Source: Lingula anatina (Eukaryota; Animalia; Brachiopoda). Taken from it: DNA of 64,000 bases. Below, piece by piece: positions 37,801-50,576 of this stretch. Position 1 is the stretch's first letter; each line of letters opens with the position of its first letter. The notes below the pieces were generated by a model. That model worked only from the letters and a program-made list of their open reading frames with translations, was not told the origin of the DNA and did no database searches. The position numbers and the translations under genes are program-made. The DNA lies in NCBI GenBank assembly GCA_051362555.1, contig CM120643.1, positions 10,168,001 to 10,232,000 of the forward strand, in the 5' to 3' direction.

Positions 37801-40800
37801 GTTAACATGCAATTATCCACAGTCAGGGCCTCGCAGTTACATTTACCAATAAGTCATTTTTTGTTTTCATAACGCTATTATCAATACAGCTTCTTTTAGC
37901 ACCAGGTTCTTCGACAAAGATGAACGTTTCTTTGGATCTTCGAAAGTGGTGAAATCGAAAAGGAACAGTTAATGATTTTATTGCAATTTCTGGATAGCAG
38001 GTGAAATTCCAAAGGGGAAATATTGATAATGCCCCATGAGGGGAGTGCGCGTTGTAAAAGGGGCTTCGGAAAAGCGTGTCGATAATTCTGATTGGGAATC
38101 AACACCTTTCGTTGTTATTTTGCCAGGAACTACACGTCAGTCAGTCACCGGGCAGGAAAACTGCGAGGGGTCGGCCGGCCCTCTTGCTCCACGGGTTACA
38201 CTGAACGAGACACAAACCCGCCATTTGGGCAGAAAACGGAGAAGAGAGAAAGACACACACACAACAAGAAAAGAGAGATAGATAGTGGGAGTGAATGACA
38301 GAGAGGGAGCGGATGCTTTTCCGTCGGATTCACGTCAAATTTAGGCTGTAAGGATGTGAAAAGGTTAACTTGGGGGGAAATCTGCTTCGGATTAGTTCAC
38401 TCGTTACCGAGGTATCCGTAACCATTCGAACCATCCTTCTGTTTGAGATATCATTTTCTACGCATTTATAGAACCGAGCGGTCGATTTTCTACAGTCTCT
38501 CGACAATCTTCTTTGATTTCTCAGTTCGCCATCGTAAAACGTTTGCCTGAGGTGAAAACCAGCGAGTGAGAAAGATATGACGACAGCAACAGATGTTCGG
38601 AGATCCTAATTAAGGTAACCCTTTTTATCATTTTTCATCATTGCCTCCACAAAAAGTAAGTAACGAGCCTTTTTGATTCTTTTTTTATCGAAGTTTTTGC
38701 TAAGTACAAGAGAGTTTTCGTTTGAATATGTTGAAGATGTAGGCCTATTTGTTTCTACGCAGCCCGTAACGTTGTCAGCGCCTTTTCAGATTCACTTTAG
38801 TTATAAGATGGTATTTAATGTCATTCTGGCTCAGATAACATTATATCTTACATTGTACAGTGTATTGTAACTTTTGTTTTTGTAATTTCATTTACACCGC
38901 AGCATGATTTCTCCATTAAAATGCCACGCTTTGAAGAAAAAAAAACGACACGGTCAAATATATATAATACTATATTAACATTCAATTAGTTCTGAACAGC
39001 ATTTCCAACGTAATTGCACCCAAGAATGTTCTCGCAGTGGTGAGTGTGTTTGGATTTGTCCTCAAGTATTCATTTAAAAGGATTCTTAATCCTACCTTCA
39101 ATTTTCTCCCCCGCTCTCCCCCCCCCCCTCGCCTTCAATTGCACCACCTAAATTACTAGATATGCTGACAATAGTCTGAAGTGTAGTGTCAGAGCAGGAG
39201 ACATGTTAATTTTTTTTTTTTTTTTAATTTTTCTATCGACAGTATCTCACAATGTTAGGCCTATGCTGTGAAAATGCGGAGTAAAAGACGAGTATTATGG
39301 AGTAGTTACTCGTAATTTTGCCTCCTACTCCAGTCAAATATAAACCCTAACCATGAAAAGCCAGTGATGCGCGCGACAAGCTCTAAGAAATGGACATGGG
39401 GGTATGTTATGGGAATGTCTGTTCGGGATATAGTCCTACGCACGAACCAAAAGAATAATTTCTAGAGTAAAATTTATACGCGCGTATCTACGTCAATTAC
39501 TATTCGACTCGAGGAGCTATTCGTTTGGCACTCGCGGTAAATACGCGTTTTTAACACGGATGTACTTTCCAATGAGAGAGCAACCCTACCCCTGTCAGCA
39601 TCGCCTGTAAGTGAACGTGGCGTTTGTAAATACCGTCTCTAAACCGTGAAGGGAAATACGCTCAGTGCGGCGTGAAACACCCATGGTGCGTCATTGCTTC
39701 GGGGCCCTCGGGTTGACAGGTCTAATTTGTAGGTTTTTGTTCCACCCGGCGAAGTGCCCTCGTCAAAGATGATTTACTATAAAGGGAAGCGCATGCACGT
39801 ATGTAAATTGTCTGGCTTTAAGGATGGTTTGAAGAAGAAGAAAAGCTCAGGAAAAAACGAAGGCTGGAAAATATCCGATGATTAGACCTGACTAAAAAGA
39901 AAGGTTTTAGTAACAAAATACACATTACTGATTGGGACTTAAAACTGACTTAAAGCATAGCATCTTATTTATTGAATTAAAATTCAGTCTTCCATCATTA
40001 TAATTGAATATTTAGAGAAGTAAAAAAATGTGACATAAGAGACGAAGAACTTTATTTTGAAAACAAAATGAGATTTATTGGACATAGCCTAGGGTTTTGC
40101 CATTAATTTTTTTCCAAACAAATTTTGTTTCAGTACTTTTATATGAGAGGGGAGGGGACTTAAAAGCACAAATAATCTTCAAGCAACGGATCTATCATAC
40201 ACATTTCAATCAAACATTTACACTAAAAGCATTAAGGATTAAAGACACAGCCTTGCCCTGAAGGAACAACTATCCAGTACCTTGATGATATTTTTGAAGC
40301 TGCCCCATAACTGCCCAGAAACACGTGCTATATTGATTAGACACAATTCGGGCGGGGAAATAATCTCGGAAGTTCATAAATAATCTCGACCCCGTGGCGC
40401 ACTCGCTTAGCACAATAAACAAGGGGTTGCGAGCGAGAAGTCTTTGAAGAAGGTAGACTAAACCTTGGCGATGGTTGTTATGCAGGAGTAAAAACAAACG
40501 GTTGATCGTTATACTGGCCATTTATATATTTCTATTTCGTGAACAGTCAAGAGTCTGCATCCTTCTATTTTTCGAGTAGGCAAACGTCTATCTCTGTTTA
40601 TAGTAACTTTTCTGATGCTGTATATCTATAACTCAGCCAAAATATAACATAATGAATAGATGTTTTTCTTCTTTTTTGTTTTAGGTATTCATTTATTCGT
40701 TCATTATTTATTTATTTATTTATTTCTGTTACACGGTCAACTACTACACACTGTCTGGGCCTTTAAATTGCCGGTAATGGGTCTTTGCTAAATATCTCAA

Positions 40801-43234
40801 AGTTGATTTGAGCATTTTTTTCTAACATAATTCACAAAAAATATATGCAACAAACTTTTCAATTCAATTCAATTCAAATGTTTGGTAACCTGGGATAAAA
40901 ATATAGAATAACGAACGTGTTTGTTCTGGGCTCTGGATTGAATTTATTATTGTGATGCAACTTGCGGGAGAAAAAAATCTCTCATGAAATGTCTCGGGGT
41001 CAAGCAAAATTTGGCTCAATCATGAAACTATAAATTTAACAACCTGAATATCGATTTTTTTATGTTCTTATTTTATATTCTTATTTTATCACAGGACAGA
41101 GGGTACACGTAGTTGCTGCATTCTCAGAAGTCTTCCGCTTTCAGTTATGTGAGGAGGGGGAATCTAAAATATGATCGGTCTAGGGGGGATTCAAAATCTT
41201 ACACATTTCAAGGTATATACGGTATGGTTATAAACTCATTCATAATATCAAGCAGGTATTGCCATTCTTGATTATATCTACGGCATCCCATTTGAGAATA
41301 CACAGTTTTAGATGGAGTGGCTGCTACAATCTTGATAATTCACAACTCTCACAAACGGCGTTTATTGATAAATCTTATGCAAGTCGGCCGATGAGCGCAC
41401 AGTCAGTGTTTAGATATATCTTTTAGTTTATTTCCACTTTTTCCAGATTTCAGACGAGTAACTATTCTGGTTGGGTTTGAGTTGAATTTTCATGCAGCGG
41501 GACAGGTAAACCGCGCTTGGCCATTAGCACTTCAGAAAAGACTCACACTCACAGCGCCACCTTAACCTGTGAAGGATTGAGAGAATACTTTAGTGAATGG
41601 TTACCTAATTTAATATTCTATTGAGAGTTTTAAAATTCTAAACTTTGGCATTTTGAAATATGGGACATAGCTAAGCCTATAGACCTGACTGATAGATTTA
41701 TTAGTTAAGGGTCAGAATTATAAAATAAACTACAATAAGCATACTGAATGCAATATAGTGGAGGCAGTTTCCAATGTGTGATAAAGAGGAAACCGACCAA
41801 CTTAAACCAACATTAGGCTATAACTCGGAGTACACAGGTGATTTAGAAACTAGATTTTTAATCAGAAACAAAGTATCTTGTCCCGGTAAAGTATCATCTC
41901 AATGCGGCTACTTACAGAGCTACCAAAGCCACTACTTGCCATATTAATGGTTTATTTCCGCATGTGCACCTTTAATGAAGAATTACCCTCTTCATTAACC
42001 GGGGAAAATCAACCCCTTGATTTAAACCCCGACGCTGGGCTGATTTAAGTGGTATTTTCCGAATGAATAAATTTCAAAGAAGCTGGAGCAGAATTCCTCT
42101 TTGACACGTAGATGTTTTTGATCTTTTAAGACAACTAGACCTCAAAGTAAGGTTTACCTGTAATCCTAGTTTACGGATGACTTGAAGTGTATATATGCAT
42201 GTATTCTTCAATAACAAGGGTTGTAATTCAAACAGGCTACGTGACGTCCAATATTTGAAATATATTTTAGGCTCTGTTGGCTGAAATTAAGACAGAGAAG
42301 AATCAGATTAATTGCCGTGTCTGTGTTGAAAAAAATCCAGCTTATTCATAATTTTTTTTGAAAAAAAATTAAAACGATAAAAAAAGCGCTGATACAAAAG
42401 TCACACATTGAGATTGTTATTCGCACAGAATTTTGATCGGGTGTGAGTACGCACAAGATATGAAGAAACTGGAAAATATGAAGTCAGTTGAATTGGAAGG
42501 TATGTTCAGCGAGAATTTTCGTATGGAATGGTCATCACTACGCTAGCTTTTAGTATAGAGCTATCGCAACCCACTAAAGAAATCTCTTCAGCCAGTGGTT
42601 AGATAGCCGCAACTGATTGATAGCCTTTCTTAATTATAGTCAGTGCAATTTTGTTCAAAACAATTAATTTCTTTAAGATGTAATTATTCTTTTATTATCT
42701 TCTGACTAAAAAACAAATATCTAAAATCATAGGCCACTGTGTCACTAAATCACACTGCACGTTGAGTGTGAGTTCATGTGTAAATGTAATAAAAATCCAA
42801 CATATGTATTGACAGACGTCAAAATATTTAAAAAAAAAAAGAAGAACTCAATTCTTGTCGTCTGTGATTGAAATTGGAATTAACTGCAAACAAGTAAATC
42901 CGCTGTAAATCAAGCGCTCGGTTGAATCCTGAACCATGTGATGAATCTTTTATATCATCACCTTGTGTACCTACGACAGATGCTAACTGAAATGGGTTGC
43001 GCAACTTCAAAACATCACACATTTGCTACCGCGTGTTCGATTTTAACGGGCAGATGGGATTTTCGTCGGCAATTTGCCGCACCCTGCGGTTCAGACGTGG
43101 ATTTTGTGCGTTAGCCCATTTGTTTGACGTAATCATGCTTGAAATAACTGAAACGGGACCTGTCAAAAACAGATAAAATGACTTGATTTTTTTTCACTAT
43201 TTCAGATTGTTTCAGAAGCCATCCCAGTTCAGAA

Positions 43235-44857
43235 ATGATTCGGCGAAAAATGACCGTGTCACAAAGCCTATGGCCATTTATGTCCAGTTTGGCGTATCTG
43301 TTGACCTACACGATAGCCAGTGGTCAAGACTGCCTGGCACCTGCCCCCTGTGAGTGTCCTATTAACAGGGATACGAAGACAACGATATTTGACTGTGCAT
43401 CACAAGGGTTAACAAAATTTCCATTGTTTACGAACCAATCCAAATATCTACCCGTGAGGGCTATACTCCTAGGGGGGAACAAACTCAGATTTCTGGACGA
43501 GGAGGATTTTTACCCGTTCCGCAAAACTCCGCTGTTAGCTCTCAACTTTAGCAACAACCAGCTCTTTGAGACCAATTTGGCTGGCTCGGTGTTTCGTTAC
43601 GTCCGGGAGAACCTAACGTCATTAGACCTGTCGAGGAACCGTTTCGACCTTGAGACCTTGCCTTGGCCATTTCTCAGCAAACTCTCGAGTTTAAGGCAAC
43701 TGATACTGAAGGGGAATTTCCAAACCATAACTGGTTCTCCGCGTATACAGGCCAATGCCTTCCAAGGGCTCAATTTTCTGGAAAAACTTGATATATCAGG
43801 ATGCTCAATTCAATCACTTGACTCAAGAGCATTTTCCGGGCTCGGGCAATTAAAGCACTTAAACTTAGCGGCAAACACGTTCAGGTACGTGCCAGAAGAA
43901 GCATTAGGAATTTTAAACAACCTCAAAGCGCTGTCACTGGCGGACAACTTTCTGTTGGGAATTTCCAGAGACGCGTTTCAGAACTTGGTCAGCCTCGAGG
44001 AGCTGGATTTGAGCAATAACTGGTTACAGCATGTCAATGCGTTTTCAGTCGGTTGCTTTGCAGGCGTGAATCAGACTCTAAAGCGATTTTTCGTCCGGCA
44101 CTGTCACATCTCGTATTTACCGCCTAGTGTACTTTCGCCTCTCGGTGAATTACAACTCCTTGATTTATCAGAAAACAACATCGAGTGGTTAGAGCCCGGG
44201 TTGTTCATGCCCCTTAAGAATCTTCGCGAGTTGCGATTAGGAGGAAATCGATTGGGAATAACAACTGGGCAATTCATAGGGCTAGAGAGTTGTTTGAAAT
44301 ATTTGGATATTTCAAAATTAGAACTTACAAAGATGCCAATGGATTCTCTCAAGAACTTGACAAAACTTGAAAAGATTGATGCTTCCTTCAATGCGTTCAC
44401 GGAGATTGACAACATTACATTACAGGGACTGGATGTGAGAGAAGTCAGATTAGCAGGAATGCAGATTGCATCTGTTGCGCCGGACGCATTCACAACCTTC
44501 ACAACCCACCAAGGCAACGTGGTGTTGGATCTAAACGGAAATCTCATAAATGAAACAACTTGGGTGGATCCAGTGATTTTTGAAAGGGTTGACCTGAGAG
44601 AGAACCCTCTCCACTGTGACTGTAGTTTACACGCACAACTGTCAGAACTGTCGAAAATAACAAAGAAGGCGCTCATTCTTGGCCACTGCAAATCGCCCTT
44701 GGAGTTCAAGGGTGTGGAGATAAACGACAGGTTCATGCAAAGAGCCGAAAATTGCCGAAGCGGTACGATCAGTTCGGCTTCTGTAAGATTCTGTTCACAT
44801 AGCTGGATGTTGCTGAATATTTTGCAAGGTTTTTTACTGTTTTACTTGGAAAAGTAG
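43235..44857 (+). CDS. Extracellular leucine-rich repeat protein 1 (signal peptide, LRRNT, many LRRs, LRRCT, GPI-like tail), single coding exon, 540 aa
   Basis: Hydrophobic N-terminus, LRRNT (C..PCEC...FDC), repeated LxxLxLxxN units, LRRCT (NPLHCDC...GHCKSP) and a terminal hydrophobic stretch with no cytoplasmic tail. Acceptor tttcag at 43205. A candidate non-coding first-exon donor AAG|GTAAC lies at 38614. Confidence 0.9.
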   Translation: MIRRKMTVSQSLWPFMSSLAYLLTYTIASGQDCLAPAPCECPINRDTKTTIFDCASQGLTKFPLFTNQSKYLPVRAILLGGNKLRFLDEEDFYPFRKTPLLALNFSNNQLFETNLAGSVFRYVRENLTSLDLSRNRFDLETLPWPFLSKLSSLRQLILKGNFQTITGSPRIQANAFQGLNFLEKLDISGCSIQSLDSRAFSGLGQLKHLNLAANTFRYVPEEALGILNNLKALSLADNFLLGISRDAFQNLVSLEELDLSNNWLQHVNAFSVGCFAGVNQTLKRFFVRHCHISYLPPSVLSPLGELQLLDLSENNIEWLEPGLFMPLKNLRELRLGGNRLGITTGQFIGLESCLKYLDISKLELTKMPMDSLKNLTKLEKIDASFNAFTEIDNITLQGLDVREVRLAGMQIASVAPDAFTTFTTHQGNVVLDLNGNLINETTWVDPVIFERVDLRENPLHCDCSLHAQLSELSKITKKALILGHCKSPLEFKGVEINDRFMQRAENCRSGTISSASVRFCSHSWMLLNILQGFLLFYLEK

Positions 44858-45205
44858 CCTTTAAAGATTTTTTCTTTTAAAATTTTACAAATAAACGAAA
44901 ATTGGTGGCAGCGTCGCACTACTGTCTGGTGCACATTTTCAAAACGCGACGAGAACATCGATTAAAAATTACAATCATTTTATTAAACTTTCTTATTTTT
45001 AAATGTGCTTTCAGTTAAGGTGGCAACGGAGTCCTCCACATTCGTTAATGCAGTTTATGCAGTGTCATGGGGGTTCGTTAGCTCTGTACTGGCCGAGACT
45101 AAATTGTTAATATTGATGTAGAAATTAAAAGGACATTAAATTATTGATGTAGAAATTAAATGGATATTAAATAATTGAGGTAAAAAGACTTAGAGTTACA
45201 CTCTC

Positions 45206-45239
<34 letters not shown>

Positions 45240-46599
45240 GATAATTGTGAGCAAATTTCGCAAAAGAAGTGTAATACAATTCCAAACAAAGGAGATATAC
45301 ATTTCGAAGGAAAACAGAAAACTGTGCGTGTATCGTTGTTTGATTCTAAAGGTAAGATAGATAAGCTGGCGAAAGTTGACATGCAATACCATATAATACC
45401 TTTTATATTGTAAATGCCAAATCGCTTTTTGGAAAACCAATCATTTATCATTTTACCTGTGCGAGGTTGCCTAATCTCTCTCTCTCTCTCTCTCTCTCTC
45501 GTTAAAGACGCACCATTTGCATTAGTACACAAAGCGCCGTATTGATTTTGAGTTAATGTATTTAACTCTACTGATTTCACAATCAAGCTTTACTAAAAAG
45601 CAATGGAACATAGCCAACATCGTACAGATTACGAAGGCACCCCCTGGACCATTATAAATATGTATTACACCACAATTTGCAGCAAGCAATGTTTTGAAAG
45701 CCGTGAACTTTGGCGACCCTTCCTGCTAAGCACGCACAAAAGACAATCGCAGGATCTCCAGAGAATGAGACAAAGTATATCGCCTAATCACACAACCAGA
45801 AAATGTGAGCGATTTACCATACAGTGAACTTTGTTGAAGGCCCAAAGGGCGACCTGTTTTGTTGTATCCGCTCCAATGTACTTGTAAAACCACCCGTAAA
45901 GCACGCGCGTGTTAGTTTTTCAAGATTTATTGATGACCTTCATTTGATACCTTATCTTGGGCAGTCTTTTGTCCACTTCTCTCCACGTGGTTCAGGGCCA
46001 GTAACTTTTGACACTTTTTAAATTTAAATTTTCGGCGTTTCGTAATAGTTGAAGACCCGGCAATCGTAACGTGTGTTATTGGAGAGTCCCCGTTATGGGC
46101 CACAGCGGGGTCAACTCGACGGGGGTTTGTGTGCGCGGGAAATGTTCACACTGCTCTGAATTTTGAAAAATTTCGGTTCCGGGTTGAAGCAGTTATAACT
46201 TCAAAGAGCCTTTAAAACTGTTATGCACTTACGCGTACCGGTACTCTACAGTGAAAAGATGATATTCAAAGAAAGGTCAAGAAATGAGCCTCAATGACTG
46301 CAATCAACAAAATTGTATCAACTATACTGCTATCCACCAGCGTTGACTCATCGGTTTAGACAGCAATCAACGGTGAAGACATCAGGCGCATAGAAAGGAA
46401 AGTTTTTCAAAATTTCTTATATGAAGGTGGCTGGATTTCCCATTATCTCCCTGTTTTACTGCGCTTGTAATTGACGTGGTAGGAAAAGCGGTGGCTACCT
46501 CCCCCGCCCCCGCCCCCCCCCCCCCCCCCACCTCCCATCGGACCGCACAACCTAAGCACACAGAATAAATCCATTGCATCGGCTCTAAATCGGGAGAGA

Positions 46600-46738
46600 T
46601 CCGGTCCAAATATAACCAGTCTGAACACACCCGCAGACATCGCAGGTCATTCTACACCACACGATAAAGCAGAGGTACGCCGTGGTGTCCGAATGCAGTG
46701 TCCAGCAGCGGTCACTGGCACAGCACGGTGATAACAAG
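46600..46738 (+). promoter_or_regulatory. Candidate core promoter and 5' non-coding exon of LRR gene 2
   Basis: A TATA-like AATATAA (~46608) lies downstream of a GC-box/poly-C tract. It is followed by CpG-rich sequence ending in a strong donor AAG|GTAAG at 46738, and a matching acceptor lies at 50547. Confidence 0.4.
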
Positions 46739-49700
46739 GTAAGGCTGATTAAGTGGGTTTTTTACTCATGAAAGGTTGTAGATCTTTAATTCCATAGCGC
46801 TGAGAGTAGTCACTAGCCTATGCATAAATAGCTGTTCTCGGTACACTGTCAAAAAACTATATGTAGTATTAATCACAAAGTTTGTTCATTTTTAAATGTA
46901 CTCTTAAAACTTAGTCCCTAATGTACACTGACCATGTTTACTGACCTCGCAGGCTGCTACATGAATAGTTTTCTACAGTTTTTAACAGGCGTATATCCCT
47001 TTATTTGTTAAACATTTAATTTATTTGCAGTTGTTTCATGGCCTGATGGTTAATGTAATCCTCGGTTAATATTACGATTCATGCCTGTAGGGTTTTTAAA
47101 AACAGTATTGACGGACAGCGCATTGTTTTCAGTCCATATTTATGTTTTTTTTTCTTCTCTCGGCAGTGGTAGGCTATTATTACTGACCAGAGATGAACAC
47201 AAACTGATTATGACCAGGGGTCAAGCAAACAAAGCCAGACACTTTATTTAACATCACCCTGAGTTTAAGCGGTCACTGAAAACTCACCTCTAGTGCGAGT
47301 TACTGAATAATGTTGATTTTAGGGGTTAGTTCCCAGTAATACCTGATTGAGCTACTTCTTTCTCTGCGGACACGTGGGTATGACAAGTCTGTTGACCCTT
47401 TGCACGTGATGTCAGCTTTCACTCAGTCAAGCTAGTGGACGGCAACGTGCTCTATAGAGATCTGTAAAAATGTATGGAATATGGGCTGTGAAACGTTTTA
47501 CCAATAACGGAGGAAATACTGACTAACAACATTAGAAAAACGACTGAAAGAAACATAGAAGTCCGCCTGCTTTCTTTGGTCGCCATTTAGACTGTAGATG
47601 TACATGTAGATAAAAGAGGAGTTCCGAGGTTGGGTTGTGCTGTAGACCTACTTCGATTCTTTTGGGCTAAGTTGAGTAAGGCAGTGGTCTAAAATCCATT
47701 CATCCTGTGGGAAAAATAATAATAATAATAATAATTAAGTGTCGAAAATGTCAGTGATACCAAACGTGATTGGCGCACTTGAAACAATCTCAAAGAACGC
47801 AAAGGCGTGGCTTGAAATGTTAGACACAAACGACATTGTTGGAACATACTTGGAACAGCTAACATATTGCGATTTTTTTTAAACAATTTTAGTTGAAACG
47901 GCGCTGGGTGCGACCCAAGTAAGTGGTTTTCAACACTATAAGGCGGACGGAACACATTAAAACTAGGTTATCCAGAAATGTTGTTCAGATAAAGTACAAA
48001 TTCTTTAACTAGGCTAATTGTCGCTATCACTTTCCAATGGACTGATGGCAGGAGAGTTGGTTTGAGAAATGATGAAAATCAGTGACAGGCTCTAGTGCTC
48101 GAAGCCACCTGTAGAACGTAAGAACTTTACTCACGTAAATTCATTTATCCAGGTAGGTTTTTTGAAAAGTTTTAATGAAGAATAAGTACATAATGAAAGA
48201 CTTATCTGACCTGTGTTTTTAAGCAGTTGACAGCTAGTGACAGGCGGTAAATGCTCGAATGATCGGCGTGACTAAAAGCAGTCTAGGTCACGTCTAAAAA
48301 GCTACATGATCCTTACCATGAATAACAAACTCACTGAAGATACTTGTGATTTGAACAAATCTTCATACTAGTATTACTGAAATGAAAATTGTTATATAGC
48401 ACTCAGTCGGACACTGCTATCTTCTAAAGACTCAATATCACATCAATAAATGGCTACTGGGTCTTTTTACCTTCGTGCATGTGCCTCCCGCCACCCTTCC
48501 TTACTTACGGAGGTACCCCTTGCTCCCCTTCTGACCAATGAAACTATGAGGCCATTTCTAAGTCTGTAGGCTACAATTTATCCATGTAGTAAATTTGTTT
48601 TAATAAAGAATATTTCCCTTTTGTAGCCTTTTGTAGATCATTAAGATGAGGTATAGCTTAGCGTTCAGGGAAATTTTTCTTTAACTTGCATCTTTTTTCT
48701 GCAGTATATAAAGACCTATAAGGCACATTGCGTGCCTTTAACTTTCCATCAGCATATTGGTCTTTTGATACCTTTCTTGTTTAGCGTGCAGCACGTGCCT
48801 CGCGGTTTTCTTACTGTATAGGACAAATAGCACAAGCACTTCGTGAAGAATACAAGTAATTCAAGAAATATGCGGTTTGAGGTTCTGTCGTTTTTGTACA
48901 AATAAAGTGGTGCGCGAGGTTGCATTTTAAAACTGATTTGGAAGTCGGTGACATTATTTTGGAAGCTTTGCATTTTTCATGGTAAGTTATTTTTCAAATC
49001 AATTTTAATTTCCTACAATGGTCAATTTTCTTAGCTGAAGCAGTAAGAAATTTAAGAAACAGTCGGACTTTGAAAACCCCAAGCTATCGTGGCGTAAATG
49101 TTCGCCGCGTGTGTTTGGGTAAATTTAACAACTTATTGTATTATTCGCATATCAAGACTGAGGAACCACTTCAATTATTTCCATTTCGCACTAACGTGCA
49201 ACTTGATTCCTTCTAGAGCTTAAATCGTAGTTGAGTTTGCGCCTATGGTAAGCTGCGATATGTTTTTAAATGTGTTTGATTTTAACGTGTTTTAAATTAA
49301 TACTTAAACTACTACATTGACTCTCATTAAAACAATATTTATTGTATTTAAATGAGCAACTGAGAGAGAGGGAATGTGAAAAGAACATTGCAACTTACTT
49401 TGTATTTGGCATTCTGAATGAGTATGTCAGTATTTGATTTTGTACAGTTAAAACTCACTTAGATTGTTAGACGTATCTACATTAAATTCTTTGGTAAGAA
49501 AAAGAATACCTCAAAGTAGGAAAAAGCCACACAAGAACAAAACTATAGGCCTACATGTTATATATTGATCGATTTCGCGGGTAATAGGAGATAGTGTTAA
49601 GTATACATGCAATATCTCATGTATACGCTTTCTGGTATCTGTCTGGTAAACACTTGGTTTGTATTGACATAAATTGCGTGAGTCAGTACTTCCCTCCTTC

Positions 49701-50576
49701 GCTCTCTCTCTCTCTCTCTAATTGGGTAAGAGACTTTTTGAGTTCTTTACCACACTGATTCTCCTGCTTATGTAGGGAAAGGTGTCTTTTTCGTGTCATA
49801 TGGTATCACAAAAAAAGGGGGAATGATTAAAAAAAAAAGTTAAAAAATTATATCTCCCCACCCTTGTTATCAAAGTAACCTAAGTTCATGTTTTAACTTA
49901 AAAGTATATTACATTTATATAAATAATTGAATTATTATCATTAGGCCTTACTACTTGTCAAACAATTTGACAGGTCTGTTGCTCTGCTCGTTTGTGAGTT
50001 TGTGGTCGTCTTTTCGTCCAGCGATGGAGGCCACAAGAGATTTTTGTTTCAATTTCTTTGTAGACAGATAATAGACCCAGGATGGATTGATTTTATTTTC
50101 ATAAGAATCAGATTACTTTTGGCAATATTTTAGAATAATTTAGAATTTTGAGCTAGACAGTAGAAAAACAATTTTACCGTGGCCAATATCTTCTGATATC
50201 ACAGGGGTCTTTGTAATGACATTGACTTTAATAATAATAATAATATTAATAATAATAATAATAGATTCTAAGAAGAAAAATGCACTAATTAAGAGTCTGC
50301 AATCCATAAAAATGTTTTGTAGAAAATCCATAAGAAACGTTTTATAGAATAAAATACAAAACAATTGTATTTGAATTACGAAGTTAAAAGGATTAATTTG
50401 AATTAAATAGTAATGGTATAAAGAGAAGAGAGAGAAATGTCTAATTACAATGTTTTGTAAAGTAGGCCTATAAAATGTATTTTGTGAGGAAGGCGGTGTT
50501 TTTACAGTTTTGTTTAATCAACATATTTTTTATCTTTGATTTCTTAGACTTCATCAGTCCTATCAACCTGAAAACG

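Noticed and set aside
44104-44736. 210-aa antisense ORF in LRR gene 1
   Set aside because: It is a shadow of the sense LRR coding frame.
50475-50576. N-terminal 34 aa of the 576-aa LRR ORF
   Set aside because: It overlaps a polypyrimidine tract and acceptor (50547); the signal peptide starts at ATG 50577.
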